Under the pieces are notes generated by a model. It was not told where the DNA came from and ran no database searches. It worked only from the letters and a program-made list of their open reading frames with translations. A stretch of DNA of 64,000 nt from Bacilli bacterium (GTDB lineage Bacteria; Bacillota_I; Bacilli_A; RFN20; CAG-826). The DNA is taken from the NCBI GenBank assembly GCA_017442875.1, contig JAFSPN010000046.1, forward strand, positions 103,596 to 167,595, read 5' to 3'. Each line of letters opens with the position of its first letter. The first letter of the stretch is position 1. The translations under genes and the position numbers were made by a program. Below are positions 37,435 to 48,879 of the stretch, piece after piece.

Positions 37435-38756
37435 TATTTGCCCACACAGAAGCGAGAAAAAATCTCTTTAGAAAGGTCTAATTGATTGGCCTCGCCTAAT
37501 ATTTCAAGAATAGATGTATATGCATCAAAAAGCGATGTAGAAATCAAATCAACAGTTAAATCATTTAAAGCATCTTCTTTTGCTGCTAATAATGATTCTT
37601 TAGCTTTGCTAAGTAATCCCAATTGTCTAGCATTATTTAAAGCCGGTTTAGAGAAGGCTTTTTCATCAAGCCCTATTCTTTCCTTGATCGCTTTAATAAG
37701 CGGCTCAATTTGGTTGTTTAAAGCAGAAATGGATAATTTGTTATCTTGTTTGCAATCATCATCTTTATTGTAAACAATAATAGGATTGTATTCTTTAGTA
37801 TATTCTAAAATCTGCTTATCTTCTTCATCCAAATCTTTAGAACTATCTAATACCACAACAACAATATCAGCTTCTTTAATGGTCTTTTTCGATCTTTCAA
37901 TTCCAATAGATTCTATTTTGTCTTCAGAGTCTCTGATACCTGCGGTATCAAACAAGTGTAATACCACACCGTCAATGTTGGCGTGACCTTCAACAACATC
38001 ACGTGTAGTTCCGGCAATATCGGTAACAATGGCCCTATCCTCTCCTAAAATGGCGTTGAGTAAAGATGATTTACCGACATTAGGTTTCCCCACCAAAGCC
38101 ACTTTAACACCTTCATTGATAATTTTCGCTTTTTGGCCATCATCAAGAAGAGAGTCAATTTGAGGAATAAGTTCATCTACTATCGAAACGATCTTATCTT
38201 TATTAGCGACTTCGATGTCTTCATATTCTGGATAATCAATATTAACTTCTATCAAAGATAGAATATCAGCAATTCTTGTTTTGATTGGTCTGATTAGGTC
38301 GCTTGTTTTGCCGTCTAAAGAAAGGAGATTTAATCTCTTAGCTTCCTTGGTTGTAGAATTAACAACATCGTTTATTGCCTCAGCTTGCACCAAGTCAATT
38401 TTGTTGTGCATAAAGGCACGTGATGAGAATTCACCATTCGTTGCCATTCTAGCGCCAGATTTAATGCACGTCTCGATTATCTGCTTACAAACAAGCGGTG
38501 AACCATGACATATAATTTCAACAGAATCTTCACCTGTAAATGATTTTGGGCCTTTATAAGCCAACAATACAACATCATCTATTTTTTCATCATCATTGCT
38601 AATGGAGCCATATAAGATGGTTCTTTCTTTAATTGATCTCAGGTCTTTGGAGAAACATTTGCTGACAACTTCGAAAACATCATCGCCAGATAATCTAACG
38701 ATTCCTAGAGCGGATTTAATTGGGGCTGTAGCTAAAGCAACAATTGTTTCAAACAT
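37434..38756 (-). CDS. mnmE: tRNA modification GTPase MnmE
   Basis: Start MFETIVALATAP (ATG 38754-38756; the ORF-track GTG 7 codons upstream is less likely). G-domain GKPNVGKSSLLN; C-terminal CVGK motif. Confidence 0.85.
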   Translation of the reverse strand: MFETIVALATAPIKSALGIVRLSGDDVFEVVSKCFSKDLRSIKERTILYGSISNDDEKIDDVVLLAYKGPKSFTGEDSVEIICHGSPLVCKQIIETCIKSGARMATNGEFSSRAFMHNKIDLVQAEAINDVVNSTTKEAKRLNLLSLDGKTSDLIRPIKTRIADILSLIEVNIDYPEYEDIEVANKDKIVSIVDELIPQIDSLLDDGQKAKIINEGVKVALVGKPNVGKSSLLNAILGEDRAIVTDIAGTTRDVVEGHANIDGVVLHLFDTAGIRDSEDKIESIGIERSKKTIKEADIVVVVLDSSKDLDEEDKQILEYTKEYNPIIVYNKDDDCKQDNKLSISALNNQIEPLIKAIKERIGLDEKAFSKPALNNARQLGLLSKAKESLLAAKEDALNDLTVDLISTSLFDAYTSILEILGEANQLDLSKEIFSRFCVGK

Positions 38757-38791
38757 AGTGTTATTTCTAAAAAACACCCAAAGGGTGTCTT

Positions 38792-39391
38792 TTATTCGAC
38801 GTAAATGATTTGCACTTGTCTTTGTGCGCCTTCACCGATTGATTCGGTGCGGACGTTAGGCATGTTATTAAGAGCGTTATGAATTGCTCTTCTTTCGTCG
38901 GCTGGCATTGGATCAAATGTGTAAGTTGTTTTAGTTTTTTGCACATCGTGGCCAAGTCTACGCGCCATACGCACTAAGCGTGAATACTTGCTGTCTTTAT
39001 AACCGTTGATATCAAGCAAAATTCTAAATCTCTTATGGAAATGGTTGCTTACAGCAAGTTTTACTAGCTCGTTAAGAGCTTGTAATGTTTTACCGTTTCT
39101 TCCGATTAAAATTGGGTTATGTGTTGAATCGATGGTAATACGAATGACTTGATCATCTAATTTTGTATTAACGGTGCTTTCAATTTCTAAAGCATCAGTA
39201 ACACTTAATAAATAATCTTCAGCAAATCTAATAACATCCGCTAAATCGAAAACTTCAACAACAATCTTTTTTGAAAAAAGACCTTTTCTTTTATCGGAAA
39301 CAATATAAATTAATTCATCAACAGCGATACCAGTTTCGCTTGCAGCGTTTTGCAAAGCTTCTTCGACTGTTTTTCCAGTATATGATTTCAT
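38792..39391 (-). CDS. khpB: Jag/KhpB RNA-binding protein (Jag_N, KH, R3H)
   Basis: 199 aa; R3H/KH domain region; conserved position between yidC and mnmE. Confidence 0.75.
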   Translation of the reverse strand: MKSYTGKTVEEALQNAASETGIAVDELIYIVSDKRKGLFSKKIVVEVFDLADVIRFAEDYLLSVTDALEIESTVNTKLDDQVIRITIDSTHNPILIGRNGKTLQALNELVKLAVSNHFHKRFRILLDINGYKDSKYSRLVRMARRLGHDVQKTKTTYTFDPMPADERRAIHNALNNMPNVRTESIGEGAQRQVQIIYVE

Positions 39392-39398
39392 GTATCAA

Positions 39399-40943
39399 TT
39401 ATCTTCCTTTCTTTTTACTTTTACGATTATTGATTAATTCAATAATGAGGGTTTGTACGATTGAGAATAAAGCACCGACAAACCAATAAACACCCATCGC
39501 GCTTGGGAGTGTGAAGCCCATGAAAATAATCATGGCCATCATAATGTAAGTGAACATTTTCATCTTGCTTTGTTGATCATTTTGAGCAGGATTTTTTCCT
39601 AAAGAAGCAACTTTCTTACGTTTCATCTTTTGGATGAATTGAGGCAAGAGCATAGAAACAACTTGAGCAGCAGCCATTAATAAGAATAAAACCAAAGCAG
39701 TGAAAGCACTAAAGCCACCATCAGCAGTCCAGTTTGCACCATTGAATAAGACGGTGTTAATTGAATCGGATAAATGTAAATTTAAGAACGCGTCTGATGA
39801 TAAGCTCGCACATCCTTGTAATGCGCCCCATACGCAAATGAATACTGGGAATTGAACAATCATTACAAGTAATGTACCAAGAGGATTAATCTTGTTTTTC
39901 TTATAAAGTTTATTCATCTCAGCAGCCATTTGCTGCTTTTCATAGTTATTTGTATTAGCGTTTGGATATTTGTTTTGAATCTTAGTAATTTCTGGTTGTA
40001 ACGCTGTCATTTTGGCGTTGCTGGTTGTTTGTTTCAATGTGACAACAAGCATCAAAGATCTCACGATAAATGTAATAGCGAAAATCGCTAACAGTTGAGC
40101 GAGACCAGGCGCCATATTAGCACCCTTAAAACCAGTAACAAATGTTTCTGTTAACCAAGCGATTGGGAAGACTAATAAGCCCTCGAAGAAGCCTTTCTTC
40201 CAAGCATAACCCCAGTTCTTCGCTTCGATAGCAACTGAAGTTTTGCCGTGTTTATCAGCTCCAATGATGTCGCTCTTACGCCATTGAGCGCCATTTGCGT
40301 AACCATAATAACCATAATCGTTATCGCTAATAGCGATACAAGAACGAAATCCTGCAACAAGACTATTCATATCTTTTTTATAAAGTTTCACATAGTCATT
40401 CGTTGGTAAATCATCCATGGTAATTCCGTTAGTAGGATCTTTTGTCATTTGAGCAAGGCGGTCATTGATGTTATCCCATGTTTCCCAGTTTTTATTACCT
40501 AAAAATTTCAAATGACCAAACTGGTCTAGTGCATTAAGCACTTCACTATAAGTTACGGTACTCAAATCTACATCTGCATTGGCGCATTTTAATGCGGTAA
40601 CAAGCACTAATTGGTCCATCTTTACATAGTAATTATCTGATGGAATTGGAATATTAGCGGTTAATGCATCTTTGTCAGTTTTACCAATACCACTACCAGT
40701 GTTGGTTGGACGGTTTACGACATAATAAACATTAGTGTTACCTGCAAATACTTCGTGTGCGATTACGCCAGTTTCAGCATCGGACACATCGTGATCATAG
40801 TAGTCACTAACGCCATAATCATAGGCATATAAAATATGTGCCCTATCCTCAACAGAACAAAATGATGCGGTACATCCACTTAAAAGAATCGCACCGGCAA
40901 GAATTGAAATACCTGCAATGGTAAGTTTTGTTCTTTTTTTCAT
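39399..40943 (-). CDS. yidC: YidC/Oxa1-family membrane protein insertase, lipoprotein form with long extracytoplasmic N-domain
   Basis: 514 aa; lipobox LLSGC|TAS; about 240-aa soluble N-domain, then the YidC 5-TM core; conserved position after rnpA. Confidence 0.8.
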   Translation of the reverse strand: MKKRTKLTIAGISILAGAILLSGCTASFCSVEDRAHILYAYDYGVSDYYDHDVSDAETGVIAHEVFAGNTNVYYVVNRPTNTGSGIGKTDKDALTANIPIPSDNYYVKMDQLVLVTALKCANADVDLSTVTYSEVLNALDQFGHLKFLGNKNWETWDNINDRLAQMTKDPTNGITMDDLPTNDYVKLYKKDMNSLVAGFRSCIAISDNDYGYYGYANGAQWRKSDIIGADKHGKTSVAIEAKNWGYAWKKGFFEGLLVFPIAWLTETFVTGFKGANMAPGLAQLLAIFAITFIVRSLMLVVTLKQTTSNAKMTALQPEITKIQNKYPNANTNNYEKQQMAAEMNKLYKKNKINPLGTLLVMIVQFPVFICVWGALQGCASLSSDAFLNLHLSDSINTVLFNGANWTADGGFSAFTALVLFLLMAAAQVVSMLLPQFIQKMKRKKVASLGKNPAQNDQQSKMKMFTYIMMAMIIFMGFTLPSAMGVYWFVGALFSIVQTLIIELINNRKSKKKGR

Positions 40944-40953
40944 TTAGTAATTC

Positions 40954-41277
40954 CTATCTACAAAATTTTAATAATTTAGTTAAAGACTGTTTGTTATCGT
41001 CATACGAATTATTTAAGAAGCCTTGTTTAGCAACGATAACAATATCAAGTGATTGATTATAATCAATGAGTTCATCACACATTGATCTAATTTGTCTTTT
41101 GATGTGATTGCGAACAACAGCGTTTCCAAGTTTAGAAGAAACAGATATACCAACTCTCGTATAGTTTAATGAATTGGTACAGTAATGGATGACGTACGAT
41201 TGGTCACGCTGAGTTCTGCCTTTTTTAATCGTTGTGGCAAAGTCATCATTTGCCTTAATGCGATTAACAATTTTCAT
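40954..41277 (-). CDS. rnpA: ribonuclease P protein component
   Basis: 107 aa, basic; RnpA motif region VGISVSSKLGNAVVRNHIKRQIR; follows rpmH. Confidence 0.85.
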   Translation of the reverse strand: MKIVNRIKANDDFATTIKKGRTQRDQSYVIHYCTNSLNYTRVGISVSSKLGNAVVRNHIKRQIRSMCDELIDYNQSLDIVIVAKQGFLNNSYDDNKQSLTKLLKFCR

Positions 41278-41290
41278 AGATTGCCTCTAA

Positions 41291-41425
41291 TTAATCGGCT
41301 AATTTTTTTCTACCTTTAGCTCTACGACGAGCAAGAACGCGACGACCATTTGCGGATTTCATACGAGCACGGAATCCAGCTTTGTGTTGATGTTTAATTT
41401 TACTTGGTTGATATGTTCTTTTCAT
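41291..41425 (-). CDS. rpmH: 50S ribosomal protein L34
   Basis: Not in the ORF track (<60 aa). Minus strand ATG at 41423-41425 after a GGAGG RBS. Translation: [44 protein letters not shown] (44 aa, canonical L34). Confidence 0.9.
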   Translation of the reverse strand: MKRTYQPSKIKHQHKAGFRARMKSANGRRVLARRRAKGRKKLAD

Positions 41426-41564
41426 AAAAGAAACCTCCTATAACATAGCGAGATAAGTTTAATAGCATTTATTAATAAATGTCAACAAAATGTGGTTTTT
41501 CGCTCATAAAAGCAGACTAAATTTCCTATTTGAAACGATATAATATGATTAATAGAGGTATTAT

Positions 41565-42587
41565 ATGGAACACAAATTATCAGAAGGTCTTTTGCTTGAC
41601 GAAAAAGGCAATTTAAACGAAGCTGGGTACGCTTTTGGCCTAGTTAAAGAATATCGTAGGGATGACATCAAAGCAGCTAAAAGCCGAATTAAGGAATGGG
41701 ACTATTATTTTATCTCTGATGATGAATACGGGATTGCCTTAACTATCGATGATAATTCATACATGGGCATGGCCTCTATTTCTGTGTTAGATTTCAAAGC
41801 TAAGAAAGAGAACACAAAATCATATATTGTGTGGTTCACAAATGGTAAAGTTGGTTTACCTTCTTCTTCCAAAAATGGAGATGCAAAAATCAAGAATAAA
41901 AACTTCGACATGTTATTTGAAAATAAGGACGGAAAAAGGCACATTATTTGTTCGATGAAAAATGTCGCTAAAGGAAAAGATTTTAATTGTGATTTTCTTT
42001 TAGAAAAAACTTTAGACAAATCAATGGTTATCGCTACACCATTCAAGAAGAAAAAACACTTCTATTACAATCAAAAAATCAACCTCTTAAAAGCGAGTGG
42101 ATATTTTGATTTTGGTGGCCTCCATTACGAGATGAAAAGCACCGCTCTTGGAGTGCTTGACTGGGGACGTGGAGTTTGGACGTATAAGAACACCTGGTAT
42201 TGGTCAAGTTTGAACGCTGTTTATCAAGGTCACAATATTGGATTTAATCTTGGTTATGGATTTGGTGACACAAGTGCTGCTAGTGAAAACATGTTTTTCT
42301 ACGACAAAGAAGCTTATAAATTAGAAGATGTTGCCTTCAATATTCCTAAAAACGATAAAGGTCAATTAGACTTTATGTCTAAATGGACATTTACTAGTCA
42401 GAAAGGCGACATCAATCTCACCTTTATTCCTATAATTGACAGGTACGCGAACACAAACGCGTTAATAATACAAAGCAAACAACATCAAGTGTTTGGTTAT
42501 TTCAGCGGATCAATTTTTGCAGAAGGAAAAGAATACAAACTCGAAAACTTGCTCGGTTTCGCTGAGATGGTGACCAATCGTTGGTAG
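41565..42587 (+). CDS. DUF2804-family protein (function unknown)
   Basis: 340 aa; motifs WDYYFI, DWGRGVW and WYWSS, which I recall as DUF2804 hallmarks. AGAGG RBS. It is located between rpmH and the dnaA-upstream DnaA-box cluster. Confidence 0.5.
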   Translation: MEHKLSEGLLLDEKGNLNEAGYAFGLVKEYRRDDIKAAKSRIKEWDYYFISDDEYGIALTIDDNSYMGMASISVLDFKAKKENTKSYIVWFTNGKVGLPSSSKNGDAKIKNKNFDMLFENKDGKRHIICSMKNVAKGKDFNCDFLLEKTLDKSMVIATPFKKKKHFYYNQKINLLKASGYFDFGGLHYEMKSTALGVLDWGRGVWTYKNTWYWSSLNAVYQGHNIGFNLGYGFGDTSAASENMFFYDKEAYKLEDVAFNIPKNDKGQLDFMSKWTFTSQKGDINLTFIPIIDRYANTNALIIQSKQHQVFGYFSGSIFAEGKEYKLENLLGFAEMVTNRW

Positions 42588-42702
42588 TAATCCACATATC
42601 CACACGGTGTGGAAAAGTGGAAAAATTATCCACAATTTTATCAATGTGGAAAAGTGGAAAACTGCCTTAAGTAAAAAACCACTACGATACCACTGTGGAA
42701 AA
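42588..42702. promoter_or_regulatory. DnaA-box cluster upstream of dnaA (oriC part 1 / dnaA autoregulatory region)
   Basis: At least 8 boxes within 115 nt: TAATCCACA (42588), TATCCACAC (42597), a perfect TTATCCACA (42626-42634), and reverse-orientation TGTGGAAAA/AGTGGAAAA at 42608, 42616, 42645, 42653 and 42694. Confidence 0.8.
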
Positions 42703-42778
42703 CTATTTTTTCCTCAAAATCACATACCAAACAAATGTGAATTATTCTATAATACATTCACACAAAAAGGTGATTGTT

Positions 42779-44155
42779 ATGAATAACTCAATATCAGAAA
42801 TTGCTAGAATATGGCAACAAACATTAAAAGTAATAGATAAAAAACTTGGCGAAAGAGCCATTTTTGACTCTTTCTTTGCTAATTCTTATATTCAAGATAT
42901 TAAAGGTAATACCGCAACTGTTGTGGTGGGAAGCGCTACAGCTGAAAGATTGTTATCATCCAGATATGTCGACATCATTAAAGATTCTCTCAGTGAAGTC
43001 ACAGACAACAATTATGATTTAGTATTTGTTCAACAAGATAGTATTGCTAAAAGCAATACTAAAAATTTGTTTTCACAAAAAGAAGAAAGTGAACCATCAT
43101 TTTTCAAAGATGCAAAATTAGATACAAATCTTACTTTCGATTCATTTGTGGAAGGTGCTTTTAATATTGAAGCATATAAGGCAGCAAGCGTTGTGGCTAA
43201 AAACCCAGGGCAAGCTTTTAATCCTTTGTTTATTTATTCCAATTCTGGTTTAGGCAAAACTCATTTGCTCCATGCTATCGGAAACAAGATTCAAGCTAGA
43301 AACCCAAAAGCGAAAATTCTATATATCGACGCCAACGATTTTGTTGATGAATATGTTAAATATGTCAAAGGTGAAAAAGAATCTGAAACATTAAAAGACT
43401 TCTTTTCATCCATCGATGTCTTATTGCTTGATGATGTTCAATTCTTGCAAAATAAGGTTAAAACAGAAGAGATGTTTTTCTACATCTATCAAAAGATGAT
43501 TAATAACAATAAACAGGTAGTCATTACATCGGATAGACAGCCAACAGAATTGAAGGGCTTAGAAGATCGTCTTGTAACTAGATTTAGCCAGGGCCTTACC
43601 GTAAATATCAACAACCCAGACCAAGCTACATGTGTTAAAATCTTGGAAAAACAAATCGAAAATGCTGGTTTAGATATTAGCAATTTTGATCCAGCGGTTT
43701 TGCATTTTTACGCCGATAAATTTAGCGACAATGTCCGTGAACTTGAAGGTAAGTTTAATAGGTTAATTTTCTATGTGTCTGAAATCAAGCAGGTTGAGAA
43801 GATTGACTTGGACGTTGCTATCGAGGCTGTTTCTAATATTACCAACATCAAAAACGGAGCTGCTCAATTGTCAGAACAAAAAATCATTAATATAGTTTCT
43901 GACTATTATAACTTAGCCCCAGGTCAATTAGTTGGTAAAACAAGAACTGGTCAAATAGCTCTCGCAAGACACGTCGCGATGTATTTAATTAGGATTAATA
44001 TAGATGTCCCACTTACTAAAATTGGAGATATGTTTGGTGGACGTGACCACACCACTGTTATGAACGGCATCTCAAAAGTGGAAGAAATGTTGAAAACTGA
44101 CGAGAGTTTAAAGGCTGTTATTGATAACTTACAAAAGGGTATCAAATCCAATTAA
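42779..44155 (+). CDS. dnaA: chromosomal replication initiator protein DnaA
   Basis: Start MNNSISEIARIWQQ at 42779 (GGTGA RBS); the longer ORF start would read through the DnaA boxes. AAA+ Walker A GLGKTHLLHA; C-terminal DNA-binding domain. Confidence 0.9.
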   Translation: MNNSISEIARIWQQTLKVIDKKLGERAIFDSFFANSYIQDIKGNTATVVVGSATAERLLSSRYVDIIKDSLSEVTDNNYDLVFVQQDSIAKSNTKNLFSQKEESEPSFFKDAKLDTNLTFDSFVEGAFNIEAYKAASVVAKNPGQAFNPLFIYSNSGLGKTHLLHAIGNKIQARNPKAKILYIDANDFVDEYVKYVKGEKESETLKDFFSSIDVLLLDDVQFLQNKVKTEEMFFYIYQKMINNNKQVVITSDRQPTELKGLEDRLVTRFSQGLTVNINNPDQATCVKILEKQIENAGLDISNFDPAVLHFYADKFSDNVRELEGKFNRLIFYVSEIKQVEKIDLDVAIEAVSNITNIKNGAAQLSEQKIINIVSDYYNLAPGQLVGKTRTGQIALARHVAMYLIRINIDVPLTKIGDMFGGRDHTTVMNGISKVEEMLKTDESLKAVIDNLQKGIKSN

Positions 44156-44192
44156 TTTTATTTTAATAAAAAATGGAAATTATTAACTGATT

Positions 44193-44295
44193 TGTGGTAA
44201 AATTAAATCAATTATTGGAGATTGAGTTTTCCACAATATCCACAGACTTAATAATTATTATTTATATAATAATATAATAAAAATAGAAAGGAACT
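44193..44295. other. oriC part 2: DnaA boxes plus AT-rich DNA-unwinding element in the dnaA-dnaN spacer
   Basis: TGTGGTAAA (44193-44201), TTTTCCACA (44227-44235) and TATCCACAG (44237-44245), followed by a roughly 45-nt almost pure A/T tract (44249-44292) just before the dnaN RBS. Confidence 0.75.
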
Positions 44296-44299
44296 TTAT

Positions 44300-45421
44300 A
44301 TGAGATTTACTATCAAACGTGAAGAATTTTTAAAGGGCTTGAATATCGCTAATAGAGCAGTATCTAGTAAAATAGCGATGCCTGTGTTAGAAAATTTAAG
44401 ATTAGACTTAACCGATAGAGGCTTATTTATCACAGGTTCCAATCTTGATATTTCAATTAAAACTCAAGTTCCTTACAAATTAGGCGAAGAAGATATTATT
44501 AGAAATTACAAAGAAGGATCCACTCTTATCAAAGCAAAATTAATCACAGATATTGCTAGAAAGATGGATTCTGATGAAATTACATTAGATGTTATCGATT
44601 CCACTATTGCTACAATCAGTAACAATCGTTCTGAATATCGTTTAAATTGCGTAAAACCAGATGAATACCCAGATCTTGATTTAGAAGCTTCTGGCGTTCA
44701 ATTGAATATGACGACAAATGATTTCAATACATTAGTCAATCAGACAGCTTTTGCGGCATCTTTAAAAGAGCAACGTCCTATCCTTACCGCTTTAAATCTC
44801 GAAGCAAGAGATGGTATCCTCACCGCTACTGCTACAGACTCTGCACGCATGGCTAGAAAGACTTTAAATATTCCTCAAGAAGTTGAATTTTTAGCCAATA
44901 TCCCAGCTAAAATGATGGTAGAAGTTAGCCATTTACTAGAAGGCAAAGATTCGCTCGATATCGCTTTTAGCGATAAAAAAGCACTATTTACCATTGGTAC
45001 AACCATCGTGGCAACAAGATTAATAGCTGGTGATTATCCAAATACCAAGAACATTGTTCCAAAGATCACAAACTATTCGTTAGAAGTCAACGCTAACGAT
45101 TTAATGAAAGCTATCGAAAGAGCTAACATTTTATCAATCGATAGAGAAAACGTTGTTGACTTATCTATGAGTGAAGACGGTGTAGAAATTTCTGCTAAAT
45201 CAAGTCAAGTTGGTTCTGCTGTTGAAAAAATCGACACATTTAGATATGTTGGCCAAAATTTAAAAGTTTCATTCAACAGTGAATTTGTTATCGCAGCGGT
45301 TAAAGCACTCGGATGTGCTGATGTGACCTTTGCGTTTGTAGGCGAAATGAAGCCATTTGTGGTTGAAAACGCCTCAGATGATTCCATCGTCCAAATTGTC
45401 ACCCCAGTGCGCACTTATTAG
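44300..45421 (+). CDS. dnaN: DNA polymerase III beta sliding clamp
   Basis: 373 aa; MRFTIKREEFLKGLNIANRAVSSK is a typical DnaN start; position after dnaA. Confidence 0.9.
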   Translation: MRFTIKREEFLKGLNIANRAVSSKIAMPVLENLRLDLTDRGLFITGSNLDISIKTQVPYKLGEEDIIRNYKEGSTLIKAKLITDIARKMDSDEITLDVIDSTIATISNNRSEYRLNCVKPDEYPDLDLEASGVQLNMTTNDFNTLVNQTAFAASLKEQRPILTALNLEARDGILTATATDSARMARKTLNIPQEVEFLANIPAKMMVEVSHLLEGKDSLDIAFSDKKALFTIGTTIVATRLIAGDYPNTKNIVPKITNYSLEVNANDLMKAIERANILSIDRENVVDLSMSEDGVEISAKSSQVGSAVEKIDTFRYVGQNLKVSFNSEFVIAAVKALGCADVTFAFVGEMKPFVVENASDDSIVQIVTPVRTY

Positions 45422-45455
45422 ACCAAAGAACACTATTTTAAAAATATAGTTAATT

Positions 45456-45484
45456 AAGGGAATATTTAATTCCCTTTTTTATTT
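45456..45484 (+). terminator. dnaN terminator
   Basis: AAGGGAAT-loop-ATTCCCTT followed by TTTTTATTTAT. Confidence 0.6.
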
Positions 45485-45499
45485 ATATAATGTATAATA
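45485..45499 (+). promoter_or_regulatory. candidate -10 elements (two overlapping TATAAT) for the yaaA-recF-gyrB-gyrA transcript
   Basis: TATAATgtATAAT 20-30 nt upstream of the yaaA AGGAG RBS. Confidence 0.35.
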
Positions 45500-45517
45500 G
45501 TCTTACAGGAGTTTTTT

Positions 45518-45736
45518 GTGGTCCAAAAGAACATCAAACTAAGAAAAGATGAAGAGTATATTACCTTAGGTGTGCTCTTAAAAATCGCTGGAATCATCGA
45601 TACTGGTGGCCAAGCGAAATATTTCTTAAGCGAAAATGTTGTTCTTGTGAATGATGAAGAAGATAACCGTCGTGGTAGAAAGCTGTATCACGGCGATAGA
45701 GTTCAAGTTCAAGGGCAATTATTCCTAATCGACTAA
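45518..45736 (+). CDS. yaaA: S4-domain RNA-binding protein YaaA
   Basis: 72 aa, GTG start after an AGGAG RBS; S4-like fold sequence; conserved position between dnaN and recF. Confidence 0.75.
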   Translation: MVQKNIKLRKDEEYITLGVLLKIAGIIDTGGQAKYFLSENVVLVNDEEDNRRGRKLYHGDRVQVQGQLFLID

Positions 45737-45737
45737 T

Positions 45738-48862
<3,125 letters not shown>

Positions 48863-48879
48863 GGAAAGGAGTTCTCGTT

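Noticed and set aside
38757-38777. GTG start of mnmE seven codons upstream (ORF track start)
   Set aside because: Neither start has a good RBS. The conserved MnmE N-terminus begins at MFETIVALATAP, so the ATG at 38756 is preferred. Low certainty.
42695-42778. Longer dnaA ORF start (MENYFFLKITYQ...) given in the ORF track
   Set aside because: The extension runs through the DnaA-box cluster and is AT-rich low-complexity. The conserved DnaA N-terminus begins at MNNSISEIARIW (42779), which has a GGTGA RBS.
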